Positions 37,901 through 55,854 of a stretch of 64,000 bases of DNA are shown here, piece by piece. Position numbers and translations under genes: made by a program. The notes below the pieces were generated by a model that saw only the letters and a list, made by a program, of their open reading frames with translations, did no database searches and was not told where the DNA came from. This DNA is from Chrysomallon squamiferum (lineage: Eukaryota > Animalia > Mollusca). The stretch's first letter is position 1, and every line of letters begins with the position of its first letter. Location: contig CM022677.1 in the NCBI GenBank assembly GCA_012295275.1, positions 8,184,001 to 8,248,000 on the forward strand, read 5' to 3'.

Positions 37901-39555
37901 TCACCTTCTTTTTCTCATCTAATCAGTACAAACTGTCGTGATTCCAGGGAATTAACTGAGATATTTTTCAATATAACCTGATATAAATATATACGATAAT
38001 TAATAAAATATGAGATTAACATTTCTCAACATAATTAACCTTCAAACTGTAAATATCACTGCTCATAATTAATTTTCATTTTTTTATATAAGTAATTAAA
38101 CCGCTTATTTTCATAACGCCATGTAGAAGTATCATTTGTAACTGTCAGTAATGTCCAATAGACTAACTGTGGTTATTAATATTTCCTGTAGTCTATATAA
38201 TATTTAAGTTCCACGTACAGTAAAAGTACACCTTTCTATTATACGATTTAGAATTAGCAAAGTAAAATATCACGTTACTTTTAATAAAACGGACATTTCA
38301 AAGCGGTATCTGAAGTTAGTTGCACAATGTTCTCGATATATTTTTGACGTCACATACAAAGCTACTATTATTTAAAAAAATTACAACACGGAAGTTCAAT
38401 CTATATTTTTGAATGTTCACAGTGTTTTGTCGTATAACTAACTGAATATCATCTCATTCACGAAGGATAGTTGAGAAATTTAGAAATAGAGAGGCCTTCC
38501 AAATTCCTAATTGCTCTGTTGCTATCAAAATCAGCATTGGTTTTTAGTTGCACCTCAAATGATAATTAAATATTGATTTTCTTTTTGTAGACAGGTATTA
38601 TATATGAAGTGATATTCATCTTGATATTTCTAGTTCAGAAGTATAGTGAATATTCAGGAATAAAACATCGCAACCAAATAAAAATGTCATTTCATTAGCA
38701 ACTGTGATATTAATGTGATATTTCTCAACGTAATTTATGTTGTGTTTACTATATCAGGTCAGAATAATTTGTTACTCAGCAAAAGTAACGTAGTGTTTTT
38801 GTTAAGACAATGTTATTATTTTTTTAGAAACATATCTAAAATCAAAAAATCTCTCTCAGTTGAATTCTGTCAAATTTGCTTAATAAAAGTTAATATCATC
38901 AAATTTAAATGGACGTTTTATTTGAATCATCTGAAATTCATCAACATTTAGAGGTTTATTAAACTACTTTTATTACGATATATTTGTTTCACAGGCATTA
39001 TTATATAGGTTTATATAGGTTTCGTCGGAAATTAAATATATATATACATATTTATAATTAGACATGTAGTGCTGATACTTAACTTTTTTCTAAACTGAGA
39101 AAAAATGGTAGCTAGTCTGGAAGGATATTCATAGTTATTCAAGATATCGGCGGACTACTCTTACAATGTACACGGTTGGTGTCACCGTTACTTTCCAACT
39201 ATGAATGTTCTGTGTAACACAATGTAACTAAAATCCCGCGTAAACTACTACACAAACAGTGCAAACGTTATTAAAATTTATTTTTATAACTCAGTGGTAA
39301 AATGAACAGTGCAAATAGCGTTATCCTTAAGTAAAACTGACACCTTATTTTTGCTTGTTTATAATTATGTAATGTTTATATAATTTATTCGTGAAAATAG
39401 CGGTATCCTTAATTTAAAATATCACCTTATTTTTACTTGTTTATAAATATGTGATGTTATATGATTCATAGTGTAAACTGCGCTCGTTTTACAAAATAAA
39501 TGTGATAACTGTATACATAATGGAATATCATTTAAGTTTTCTTCTGTTTTTCATA

Positions 39556-39601
<46 letters not shown>

Positions 39602-41394
39602 GTAATAATAATAATAAATTAAAAATTAAAATGAACTGAAAGTACGCTCTGTATTTCCCAATATACAGGTATTCTCTGTAATCGATGTTCTTACTTGAAA
39701 TTATCATTTTAATCTAGAGTGTAATATAATTTATGACGTTAATGTTGCGCGACGGCTACATTACTAGAAATATTAACAATACATTTTAACACAGGAGGAC
39801 ACTGATTGCAGTACTTAGTAAAAGGCAAAATAATATTTTTTTATTTTTTCAGACCATGTTTCAGACGTATATCAAAGAATGGACAGTAATAAGCAAGTTA
39901 TTGTAGTGTGAATTGTAAGCTTTGTGATTTTATTTGGTGCATTAATATAAATAATGAGAAGAAAGAAAAAGTAGGGGGGATAACAACACCGTGTATTTGA
40001 AGTTCTCGGTCAACGATTGGCTAATAATAAGATAAAAAATAATAATAATAATAATAAAAAAATAATAATAAAAATAAATAAATAAATAAATAAAAGAACC
40101 ACATCGATTTATAATTAGTACGTATATTTTAATAAAGGTTGTTATGCTCCTTTATTTTATTTTATTTTATTTGTTTTGAACATTATTTTTATTTTTGTTT
40201 TCTTTCTTTCTTTATTTATTTTTATTTGTAGTGTAGTAGTTGCGGAAAAGTGCGGGATGATTGTCGGTCTTCACGGATTTACCTTCTTAATTGACGTTTG
40301 AAGAATCTTCTACAGAATTGGTGTAATCGCATTATCATGCAACAAAAAAGTTACTTAAAGTATTTAATATTGTGAAGGAGACAGGTATTACTATTTATTA
40401 TTATAATTGATAATGCGTGTGGATTGTTTTCGTTTTATTTAATAATAATTTAAAAGACACATGACGGCAGCCATATTATTTGGGAACAATAATTATTTAT
40501 TTATTTATTTATTTTTTATATTTTAAAAAATAACGACTCTCGATTAATAATAACATTCACCAGTGGTTGTACTAATGTGAACAGCATAAACAACGTCATA
40601 TAAAGTCTTTAATTTTGTTTTACCAATGATGTATCAGCCTATCAGGAGCAAATTGTGAGTGGCCAGTAATTAAATTTGTTTTAAAATAAAATGACTTGTT
40701 TAGCACACACTAAAGGAAACACCACAGAACAACTTACAGAGAATTTTAAATTTTATTATTATTATTATTATTTTTTTTTTTTATTATTATTTTTTTTTTT
40801 AATAAACTAATAAAACTATTGAAAGAAAATATGCCAATTTTGTTTGACAGGTTGTTTTCCAAATTTATTTAAAGATGCTTCTATGAAAAATCAGATCTGA
40901 GTGAAATATTGTATACATTCTCATCCAGCAACACAATCATTGACCAGAACCACACTGTAGAGTGCAAGTGCTGCTGGAATACTATAATATGATATATCGA
41001 TGGTTTACATTCAGTATAGACAGGAACATGAAGGAACGGGCAGAGCACCACTCAAGTCTTCAGTTTTGTGAAAACAAGCTGATGTTTGTAAAAAGACTTC
41101 ATCTGTCAAACAAAACAACTTGGTAGATGACTACGATGGCTCTGCGTGTCAGTGAAAAGACAACAACCAGGAAGTTGAGCAGCAGGTGACGTCTGAGCTT
41201 GCCACTCTGAGGATAAAGCTGAAGATGAAGATTAAGAAAACAGAGAGGAGAAAACAGAGGCTGTAGCTGCAGCAGAACAAGATCAGATTCGAATGACCGA
41301 GCTAGTCCTGTACCTGATTAAGAGTGGTATCAATGCACCCAGCTCATTGTCCTCTACTTCAGCATCACAAAAATCCAGGCCATTTTCCAGAGAA

Positions 41395-42330
41395 TGGATA
41401 CAAGAGACTATTGATAATGTGAATTAACAGTCTGGTGTCAAGTGATGTGTCAGGTCTGTGTTAGAATATTTTCAGAAACCTCTCAACAGTGGTTGTGTGT
41501 GTGTGTGTGTGTGTGAGCGTGCGTTTGTATGTGTGTGTTTGTGTGTGAGAGAGACATATTGGATGAATGATAATAAACAAACAAAAATGCATTTATCAGA
41601 CAAATGTAGATTGATAAAAAATATAAAAAAGTGTCATGTTCATGATGGAATTGCTAAAATCTTTGTTTATCAAATGATGTTAAATATTTTTTGTAGGTCA
41701 TTGCAGTATTATTCAGTTGCTGACTAGAAAGGGAATTTACGTTATGGAGAAGGATGAATCAGCTGTATAGAAACTGCAGACTGCACAATTCCAAGTTGTA
41801 ATTTTTTTATCTTATTTTTATTTCTTAGAGAAAGTGAAATAAATGTTATAGTAACAACTCTTTACTGATTGTAAAATAGCATAATAAGAATAATTTATTT
41901 GCTATTGTTTTGTTAATTATTTAAATTAATAAACATTATCATCATTATCATTATAATGATTATACAAAGTATATCAAAAATATCCAACACCCCTTTGTGT
42001 CTGAATAATCGAGTAACTGATAACAGTAAAATTTTAATTTTAATAACAACAGAAACATTAGTTATTTATAACAGTTTATTATATCTATTATTTAATTTTA
42101 TTTTTATTTTTTCAGAATGCACATAATTGAATGCTGATATTTGCTAGTGAAGTTGTTTCAGCAGAAGGTTCTGGCCAGCACTGAGGATAAAGTTTGTACT
42201 GCCACTGGAAAAGAGAAAAAACTGGAACAGGTGAATTTGAGTTTGTTTTCTTATGCATTTCCCATTATTCTAAACCTAATGTTGTTTAATTTAATTTAAC
42301 GTAGGAAGTTCCATTTTGTAACATACTTTA
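41395..42330 (+). repeat. Dispersed repeat with an inverted copy at ~62155-62600; includes an exon-like segment 42116-42230 (62234-62352 on the minus strand)
   Basis: ggatacaagagactattgataat...cagaaacctctcaacagtgg and cagaatgcacataattga...gctagtgaagttgtttcagcagaagg...caggtgaatttga match the reverse complement of the 62-kb region. Confidence 0.8.
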
Positions 42331-42364
42331 GAATCTTGTATCATACACTGGATTTTAGTATCAT

Positions 42365-42479
<115 letters not shown>

Positions 42480-45400
42480 TATTTTGTTGTAAATTTCTCA
42501 TCTGTGCCTTCTCTGGTATCCCACTAAAGATTAAATTGTCACGTATGAAGCGAGTTTGTAGGTCATTGTATTTTTTCTTAAGTTTCCAAACTCAGTTTCT
42601 AATTCACATATTTTTTGTTTCACACTGTTATTTTTTGTTTCATATCTGACACAACAGATTCTAAATCTAACAAGATTTTTTTATTGCTTTCAAACTGTTA
42701 GTGAATGTAATTCATATCTTGTACTTTTTTCTAAATATCAGTCATTTCACCATTGGTACATCAATTTAATAATGGTTTAAGCACCAAGAAACCTTATAAT
42801 AACTTTTTAATCAGGGTATCTAATTACATACTGACATCTTGAATGTGCATAAACTGGTGAAATTATCCCAGAATACTGACCCTGGTATTGTCCATACTGT
42901 GACTGCTGAGACTGTTGAACTGGTGTTGACTGATAAAAATGGTGCAGATGAATATCTTGTTATTCTGTGTATTTGACATCCTTGTAATAGAGACTTCTTG
43001 ACCAGCTTGGCTACTGCTTACCCTTGTTTTCTGTTCACTTTCTCCACTTACATTTTTGCTCTTATTTTTTCTCTTTTTTCCTTTTTTATTTCATGTTGCA
43101 TACTTGCATATTTTTAGCAATAATTTACATTGATAAAACAGATAAAATCCCTTTAATACTAATAAACATTATATTACTGTCTTTTCTTTTTCCTTTCACA
43201 TGTGTCACCTATTTAACTGACAAAGATGATAATGAGACTTGTATAAAAATTAAGGTAAAAATAATTAGTAGTTACTAGCATTTTTTATTTTTTACTTTTT
43301 ATTGTTAGCCCTAATCAGATATACATTGATGAAAAAGACTGTTAATTCAGATTTTTTTTGTAAAAAAATAATTTAAATTATTTGTTGCTGAATTAAAAGC
43401 TTTTAAGAATTTATTCATATCTTTGTTGTCACTGATGCTACTTAATTATTGTGTTGGGGTTTAAAATGCATTTTTCAACACTAAAGAAGACAATTTATAA
43501 GGTGAAAGTTCTATTATTTGTTGTTTTTTGTTTGTAGTAGTTTGTTGTGTGTGTGTTTTCTGTTTTTTTGTTTTTTTAATTAAAAATATAATCTATATAA
43601 CTATTGTTTTATTTATTTTCATTAATTAAGAATGAGTTTAATTTCTTTTGTCCAAGATCTAAAAGATCCATGTCTATGTGTGGATTGAATGCTGCTATAA
43701 AGGTTTGTTTTATTCATTCACTTTTGTGTTTTATAGCTCATTTGATTAAGTAGCAAAATTTATTTTTATGCACAGAATAGTACTGAAAATAAATGATATT
43801 TACTTTAGATAGTATAGAATCAATTTAATAATGGTTTATCACAAACAAACCTTGTAATAATTTGCATGACAGCCTAATAGAGTAGTGAACAGAACATGTG
43901 TAATTTGTTGTTAGTAATATCTCACTCAAATTGAAAAAAGTGGCAAAATATTTTATTATATTAAAGTGGCAGGAAAGTATGTTACAATTAAATATTTTAT
44001 TATATTAAAGTGGCAGGAAAGTATGTTACAATCAAATATTTTAATTAATCAAATAATTTATTGTAAATGGTGTAAACGATTGTTAAAGGTTAATTAAAGA
44101 TCGTAAGAATAATCTCAAATGTATTTCCATCATGCTAGTATGTTAGTATTTCAAGTAGAATCAGTATTAGAAGACCATTTTCTTACTGTCTAATGAATAA
44201 CTATGTAGGTTTAATATGTTTATTTACTTAATATTCCTGGCAGTCATCGTAAACTGGACTAAAAGACTAAAACAGTGTAAATTTCAGATTTTAGCAAATT
44301 AATAGAATTATTCAAATATTAAAACATATAGTTGTAATCTCTCTTACTGCTGTATTGCTCTTTTAATGCTTTTATGTCAAAGTCAAAAAATAAAATTAAA
44401 CTAAGAATATAAAACCATTTAATAAATTATTTTTATTATTAAAATAGTATGAAAAAATAAAAATGTGGTCTAAAATTCTACTTGATAAGACAGTGAAATA
44501 TTGACAACAAAAATACTACTTGCACTTTATTTTACAATTAGTTTATTAATGAATATTATATTTTGTTGTAGGATCCTAGACAACAGATTCAAGCTGTGTT
44601 AGCCAGCACTTCAGTTGAAAATGTTGTAAGACCTATTTTCATAAAAAGTTCACTAGAGCACCAGAATGCTATTACATCACAGTCTTCCCTGTCCAGAGAA
44701 AGCTCAACACTTTCAAGAGAAAATCTGTCTGAAATGTAATTTGAATTTGAAAAACTCAGTGATCTCCAAGAGACTGCATTGTCAATGTGATGAGAACATC
44801 CAGTGTACTCATTGTACTTCATAGCAGCTTGCACTGTTTTTATCATTGATGTGTGCTTGGCTATTCTAAATTTTCTCACTGAAAGATGAATGGAGATTCA
44901 TCATTGCTATGGAAGACATTTTTCTAAAAAAGTTCAAATGAATTTGATAATGCATAGAGGTATTAATTTTTATAATCATCTAATTTTTATATTATTTAAA
45001 TCATTATTAAAAAAAACAACCAGAACAACACAAAACATTTCTTCTATCTTTTTTTTAACTATTGTTTAAATCAGGGGGAAATCAAGGATTTGCTGGGGGT
45101 AATCAATGTAAATATGATTGAACATTTTGTAATTAGCGGTAATTAAAAATTTGTATCAACAACTGAATTTTTCTGTTTTATTTTATTTAAATCAGGGGAA
45201 AATCGAGGTTTGGGGTAATTAGTGTAAATATATTTAAAATTAGGGGTAATTTCAATTTTTTTGTTAAAAAACCCCACAGAAAATGAAAAAAAAACAGTTT
45301 TTCTTTTATATTATTTAAATCAGGGAAAAACAGTGGTTTGCTGGTGTGATCATTGTGTACATATTTCTAAAAAATAAAATAATAATATTATAAATAAGTA

Positions 45401-46489
45401 AATTAAAATTTTAATAGCATTAATCATGACTTTGTTATTTTTAATTAGAAGAAACATGATGATCTTCAAGTTGAAATTTACTTATAAACTGTCTAGATAA
45501 TAAAACTTAAGTAGTCAGTTATTTCTGTTTAGACATTGCTGCCGGCTTTTATAATTTGCTTTTCTAATTTAGAAAGAATAATAAAATTATTTCAGTAACT
45601 AATCTTTAAAAATAAGAAATAATAATTTAAAAACAATAAAAAATGAAATGAAATAATAAGAGAAAAAAATGTACATAAATGAAATTTTCCCAAATATGTC
45701 ATAATTTGCCTTTTACATTTTGGAACAATTCAAAAAATTAGTTTAGAAATGTACAAATTGAAATGTCTTCTAATTTTTTATAATCTGTATTTTCTGTTTA
45801 ATTCAATTAAAAAATAAATAAATAAATAAATAAAATATATATATATATATATTATAAAATAATTATCTCTTTAAAAAATGAAGTAAAAACTGGTATTTAA
45901 TGTTTCCAAGCTGAATGAAAATTAAACTGGTTCATTTATTCAAAAATCTAGCACCTCATGTTTTGTTATAGTGTAATACTAAATATTTCTCCAGCTTTCA
46001 GATTCAAATTTGTATAGTTTATTCTAAGAGAGATATTGTAAGATTATGCAAATTCAGTACTTTAAATATTTTTAGCAATGTTTGGTGTTTTTGATCAACA
46101 ATAAAATATAGCCAGGTTATGTTACATAAATGGGTGTCAGTACAAATATTTCTTAATAAAAAAAAAAAATATTATTTGTTCTTAACTGTTTTAAATCCTG
46201 ACATTTACAAATTCAAACACATTGCATCTTATTTAAAAATAATAATGAAAATGGAAAATATTTCTGAAATTGTTTCACTTTCTTAATATTAAAAATGTTA
46301 AGGCACATTCAAATAATTTAAAAAAAATATAAGAAATAATGAAGCATAGTCTTTGTCTGTTTTTATTTTTATTATGTATATATTGATCAACGTCTTCTGT
46401 ATTTGTTGTCAACTAGCAAAAGATAATCTGACATAATCATTATTTATATATATACACTTCTTATTTGAGTTAGGTAAACAAAACTGTAT

Positions 46490-46570
<81 letters not shown>

Positions 46571-47117
46571 TCTCCACACTCAGTCTTTTTTGTATATTTA
46601 CAAAGACGTTAAAGATATTTACCTTGAGTAAAAATAATGAATTATTATTATTCTTATAGACATACATAATTTCATTTTCATTTTCTTTAAAATAAAAATT
46701 ATTGCAAAAAAGACGTGGTTTTAATTGGTGCTAAAAATATTTTTTAATCTGTTTAATTTCAGCTATTTTCAAATATCTTTTAATGTTAATTTAAAATCAG
46801 AACAATAATATAATAATAAATCATTAAAATAATCCAATTATTAATTCTGGTTTTCTATCTCTATTTTTATATCATTTTTCGGTTCATTTCTTGAAAAGGC
46901 AACAACAAACAAAACACTTGGAACTTGTATTTGTTTATACATAAACAAGGACACTGTCTTTCACATGCAGCAGTTATTTGACAACAAACACATTAACTCT
47001 TTCTCGCAGAACATGTACCAACTCATCCTTTCACATTCACATCAGTCTCTATGTCTGCATCTATTTCTCCTACCATGCCCTCTGAAAACACATACAAAAT
47101 ATAAATTTCCATCTGCG

Positions 47118-47160
<43 letters not shown>

Positions 47161-47979
47161 GTTCATCTGTTTCACTACCAATCCATACATTTTATACAGC
47201 TTTAACACTTTCTTTATGTACATCTCCCTAACGGTTTATATACTTTATGTGTATCTCCTATAAAACTTGTTTCAATGTTGTATGTTCATTTTAAAATTAA
47301 TTATTTTAAATTACTTTTGCAATGTTCATAAATTATTTTCTATTATGTATGAAAATAAAAATCAATATACATTTTACAGGATGATATAGTATAAAAAAAT
47401 ATATGCCTGAAATAATCATTTTATTTCCTTTCTGACTTTTTTCTTTTTCCCTTGTTTCAGTAGATCCATCACTGAGGGTTCTGTAGGTTTCAACGTCTGA
47501 TATCTGCTTTGGTTTTGTATAGTATTGTCAACAAGTAAATATTTCTTCTTCAAAATTATCATTCGATATTATTTGTAGCAGACGCAAAGTGTCACGTGAG
47601 GTCTCGATTACGTCATCAGTTTTACAGTCTACCTAGAAAACAAGTTTCCGAGGCTAAGATAATGTTAAATAAAACATACAGGAAAAGGTGAACATTTTGA
47701 AATGAATATAAAATATTATTTACCCTGCTTCTACACTTTGCTTTATAAACTGCGCTGCTGGATAAACTTAATGCTTCTTTTTTTTTTATTGTTTATTATA
47801 TATATAAGTAAATTTTCTAATACCTGGCAAAGTTTATACGAATAAAAATGAGACGTGATTATAAAATAACGTGTTATTTTCTTTATTTGTACGGCGTTAT
47901 GCAAGTTTAATCAATGAGATATTGACAGTATATTTATAATATTTAGTTTGGGTGAGCGTAGATTTCTCAAGATAATTTC

Positions 47980-50460
<2,481 letters not shown>

Positions 50461-52984
50461 CTTTCTTAATGATTATTTCAGGCATAGATTATTTAAACGA
50501 TAACATTTTATTTTTGGTTGAACCACAGTTTATTCATATAAAAGTGAAATCTTACTTGTTTAAAGAAAGTAGGAGTAATTTTACACGGCGTTATGAAAAT
50601 AATATTTATGTTACATGTTTTATGTTGTAAACAGAGGCGTAGCGGTAATATTATGTACTGAAAACACAGTGTATTGAAAAATAGATGTATTGTTTTTTAA
50701 TTAACAATATTAGATAATTTTATTTTGCATAATAAATAAATAAATAAATAATAAGCTTAATTTTTCATTAACAGGTATAACGTATCTAAAAAGTTGAATA
50801 ATGAATCAACGTTTAATAATGTGTATTATTCTCTTTTTTATTAAGATAGTAGAATTGCAGTTGATTGGTGAGAGGCTAGATTAAGATGAATTAATTTCAC
50901 CATGTTATTGATATTTGCAAGTGCATCTTTCTCAAATACTAGAAAAGTCTAGAATATAGAGAAACATTAATAGACGTTTTTAGTATTAAAAGTAAAGTGA
51001 AAAGGCGAGGATGCGCGAGATGAATCTTGTTTATTATAACAAGTTCTGTAAATATACTGCGCAATTACAGATTAATTCTTAATTAACTATAGAAAGTGAT
51101 ATTCTATTATCTCCCCTAAAAATTAAATTGATAATTAGACAAATAATATTTAACTAGATACAACCCAGAGAGCTATATATTAATGTAAAAATATTACGGT
51201 TCTTTCGCTGAATTTAAATGCTTTAGTATAAACAGGTCTGGTTGAAGCAACTAAACTATACATATTGTCGTTCAATTCCATTATATGTGGTAAACAGCGT
51301 TCATCATAATATCAAGAACATTTTTTTTCATTACTGCAATTCAAAGGAAATATCGGTTGCCGTTTACAGGGACAAATAAATACATTTATTAATGTTAATA
51401 TTAAGATCCTTCAGTATTTTAGGCATACGCAGAACCTCTCCCAGTGAGATAAAATATCATCGCTGTTTTATTATCAATGTTTTCTGCAATGTTTATCATT
51501 TCTTTTACTGAAGTTTTAATTACAGCGACACCTGCACTTATCACTGTAATCTGAGAGGTAGATAGGTAGGTGGATAGACAGATAGACAGACAGATAGATG
51601 GAGAGTGAGACACACATACAGACACACAGACAGATAGAAAAACCCAAAACTGAACTGAATCATTAAAATGACGAATAAAAGAAAAGTTGTGAAAAGCGAG
51701 GTTAATGTGATATTATATAATAATGAATGTACAAACATTTTCTTACAAGTTCATTTGCCTATGAAATGTAAAATGTCTATCTATCTCTATGTCTATTAAT
51801 GCATCTATCTGTCTAGTATTTAACTATATACATAAACACCGTCTCACTGATATGAACTTACGTATATAACTATCCTATAAGGTAAACACGTATACCAAAA
51901 TATTTCTTTTCTATGTGTGTGTATGTCTATGTATGTGTATGTGTCTATCTCTCTATCTGTTTATTTGTTGATAATTGTTTCTTTCTTTATAATGACTGTA
52001 TACTGACATAACGATATTAACGATAAAAACAACAACACTAATTGCAATAATACTAATTAAAATAATTAGTCCTAATCATAATACAAGTCAAATTGAAAAC
52101 TTCAATAAACTAAACTCCTTGACAAATATCACACAAGAATACAATGTCTTTAAAGTACCTCATCCTTTTGATTTTATTGCCCCAAGTGGTGGAGTAAAAT
52201 AAAAAGCATATTTCTTGCCTAATTATCACATATTAATCAAGTTTCTTCTGCTGAACTTATAAACCGATTATATGTTTACCTGTTATAATTATCACTAACC
52301 TTATGTCTATAGGACTAAAAAATCACTTTTGAAACCTCAAAATGCAGTATAGCGACTGCAAGTCATAATATACCTAGGAGGCCAGAATTGCTCTGAGGCC
52401 AGAATTACCCCCAACTAAAAATAATTTTAGTGAATTTAAAATTCAGTGAATGATCTATATTCATGCGACTTGATTTTTTTTTTTTTTTTTTTTTTAAATT
52501 TTACCCAACACTCAGTCTTTTTTGTATATTTACCAACGTGCGTGTTAAATAGAGTTATTTCTCTTAGACCACGAACTTCTGAAATAGATTACTCCTTGCA
52601 CAGGCGAGGTGACGGTAAATTGGATTTGTTGCTTTTAGATGAAAATAACTAATTCTGTATAATGTTTTGTAGCAGACAGAACCAGCTTATTAACATTCCC
52701 TGCGTTTTCTTTTTCTTTTAACTAACCAGTTTCCTGTATTTTTGGTTTATTTAACGTGATATTATTATTTGATGAATTATTGTAAAATTGCTATTTCGTT
52801 TAATGTTTTTCATTTAATTTTTTAAATTTAATTAATTTATTTATTTCATTTAGTTTAGTCGAAAAAGTAGTTAGGAAAGGCACAAGAGATCACGGTTTTG
52901 TAATACGAACAACCATCTTTATCAGTGTAAATCATAAAAAGTTCTGAAAGTAGTCGTAAAATAATTGTATTTGGAAATTTTAAA

Positions 52985-53045
52985 ACTTCCGTGACATCAC
53001 GGAAACTTCCGATCGAAATCCAAGATGGCAGCATCGAGCGCCGAT
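52985..53045. promoter_or_regulatory. Promoter-like motif cluster (two ETS-like ACTTCCG, an 18-bp palindrome, YY1-like AAGATGGC)
   Basis: ACTTCCG at 52985 and 53005, ttccgtga-ca-tcacggaa at 52987-53004, aagatggc at 53022. Locally CpG-rich. No associated gene identified. Confidence 0.35.
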
Positions 53046-53879
53046 CATTATTTACACACTTTTAAACATTTAGATCTTTATAATGCAATACTTCTACATG
53101 GATCATGAAAAGTAATTTGGAGAAATATGCCATATAACCAATGCCTCTTATACATAGATGGCTAATACTCTGTAGCAATTGCTGAAAACGTGGTAACATG
53201 TTTTTATTTATTTATTTATTTTATTTTATTTTTTTTTCGGTCCTTGACGTAATATGCCATCTCGTACCCATATAACAAAATAAAAGAAATAAGTAAATAA
53301 ATAAAAATAAAATAAAATAATTGAAATAAAATAAATTAAAATGAAATAAATAATTTTCACTGACGCTAGTTGGAGGGATGGGTCTATCCATATACACACA
53401 TACATACATACATGTATACATACAGACACACGTGTATAGGAATAATAATATATTTGTATGGTTAGAAGATGATTAGTATGTATATATATATATATATAAA
53501 AGGATAAGTAACTACATTTGTGTGTGTGCATGTGTGTGTGTGTATAAAAGGGTGGATAGATGGTAGATGATAACAGACAGGTAAATTGATAGACAGAAGA
53601 AAGGTAGATCGATTACTAGAAAGATAGATAGATGCAAGGAGCCATGAGTATATACTGCACATCTGTAAGAAAGACTGACTCTGTTGCTAATGTATATGGC
53701 ATAAATAGACAGATAAATAAAAATATTTATAGACAGATAACTAGATAGAAAGAGTGTTTCTAAATACATAAAAAGGATGTAAATAAAGAGTGTGTATACG
53801 TACGTGTGTGTGTGTGCGTGTGCGTATGTGTTTTTGAGTGAGTGCAAGATAAACTGTGGCTATGTATAACTGAGAAGGT

Positions 53880-54046
53880 GAGATAGATTGATATAGAGAT
53901 AGCTAGACATCGCTTCAGAGATAGATTGATATAGAGATAGCTAGACATCGCTTCAGAGATAGATTGATATAGAGATAGCTAGACATCGCTTCAGAGATAG
54001 ATTGATATAGAGATAGCTAGACATCGCTTCAGAGATAGATTGATAT
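53880..54046 (+). repeat. 38-bp perfect tandem repeat x4.4 (gagatagattgatatagagatagctagacatcgcttca)
   Basis: Identical units start at 53880, 53918, 53956 and 53994, with a partial unit at 54032. Confidence 0.95.
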
Positions 54047-55854
54047 GTTAGGTAGACAATAATTAGGTACATATATAGCTAGATATATACAGCTAACAGA
54101 TAAACTGATGTGTATGTGTGTGCATAAATATAAATGTGCATAAATATATGTGTTAGAGAGAATGGGTATATAAATGTGTGTCAAAGATAGTGTGCTTTTT
54201 GTGGATTTTTGGAAGAGTCAGTTGATTGATAGAGAGAATAGATTAAATATGAATAAATACATGAGTGAATAGATGTATGTGTATATATATATGTGTGTTA
54301 GAGAGGGTAGATATAGATGAATGGATGGACACACACACAAACACATACACAAACATACATTATATATGCAAACAACATAAATAGAAATGTAGATACATAG
54401 ATTCATAATCATGAGTATTTGTATTTATGTTAGAGGATTGGTATATAACTGAATGTATGAATAATAGTGTGTTTATATTGGTGTTAGATTGCAGTTAGAT
54501 AGCTAGACTGAGAGAGACTGATATGTAGGTGTGGTTATATGTGTTTGTGTGTTATAGAGAGAGAACAGGTATTGACCTCACTATGAAACAGAGAAGTATG
54601 CCATGTGTGTATGATTTGTCAGAGAATGAAAGATAATTATATAAATAAATATAGATATAGACAGACAGACAGACAGAGGATAGTGATGAATAAATGGATA
54701 GTTAGAATTATGGACTGAAAGGTTTTCAATTATATAAGCAATTACTTTTCAGACATTATCATATTGTTAACAAATAAGGTCCTTATTGTAGGTCCATGGA
54801 TTGAGTGATATATCAATGGAATTTGGCTTAATATATAAACTGTGTTGAGAGGAATATATGGAGTTAGGAGGGAGGCATGACTGGAAGTACCAATAAATTG
54901 TTAATGACAGATTAGTGATTTCTCGCATTGTTTATGAAGAGAACATTAATCTGGAAGTCTAGTCTGTGTTTATCTACGCTGAAAGCATAGTCGTCATCTG
55001 CTGATTAGAAGGTAAATATGATAAGATAAGAAGTGTCTATAATATTTTCTGTTAAATAGCACATTAAACAGAGAACCTATAATACTTAATTACACTTAAA
55101 CATCTGGTAAAATAAAATAATCCAGTGAATTAGAGTAATCTGGAGAGTGACAGTAGAGAATAAGAAAGCCAGAGTGAAATATTTATATGTCATATATCCA
55201 ATACAAATATATTCTTAAGTACATACACTTCTGTCTATACTCTGTTGGCCTGTCTGTCTATCTGTATATAGAAAGAACTTTCAAAGTAATAGCACTGTAT
55301 TCAAAATTAGAAAAAGTAGCAATACGCTTTATATAGATTGCTAAGAGCGGCTAACCACACGAGATTTCTGTCTTCTCAGTATGAATAAAAACTGATATCA
55401 TTTCTGAAATGAGTTTCAACACTTCAACATAATAAATGAATAGAACAAATTAAAATGTATAAACTGTACTTAATTATGTAATAATGTAGATTTTAAAAAC
55501 AAAGTCTGTGCTCAACCTGATTGCATGAAAGAGAAAAACAAGAACAATTTTTAAATTAGAAAAATATTAATCTTTATAAATGTAAAAATATATATCGTAC
55601 ATGGATTGAATATATATATATGTATGTAATCTAAAACATTTCTGAATTATTGTTACTGAGAGGAAAAATCTTCTTTAATTTGCTGTGTCCACCACTGATC
55701 AAGATATAAATGACTGGCATGATTTACGTGTTTATGATGTTTCGTGTTTGAAACGTTTTGTCAACTTTTGTGTTCATCACTTGTTTTTGCCAGTTCATGC
55801 TTGGACTGCTTTTCGCTTCAAGTCAGCTCCAGGTCGTGCTTTTCACGTGGGCCG

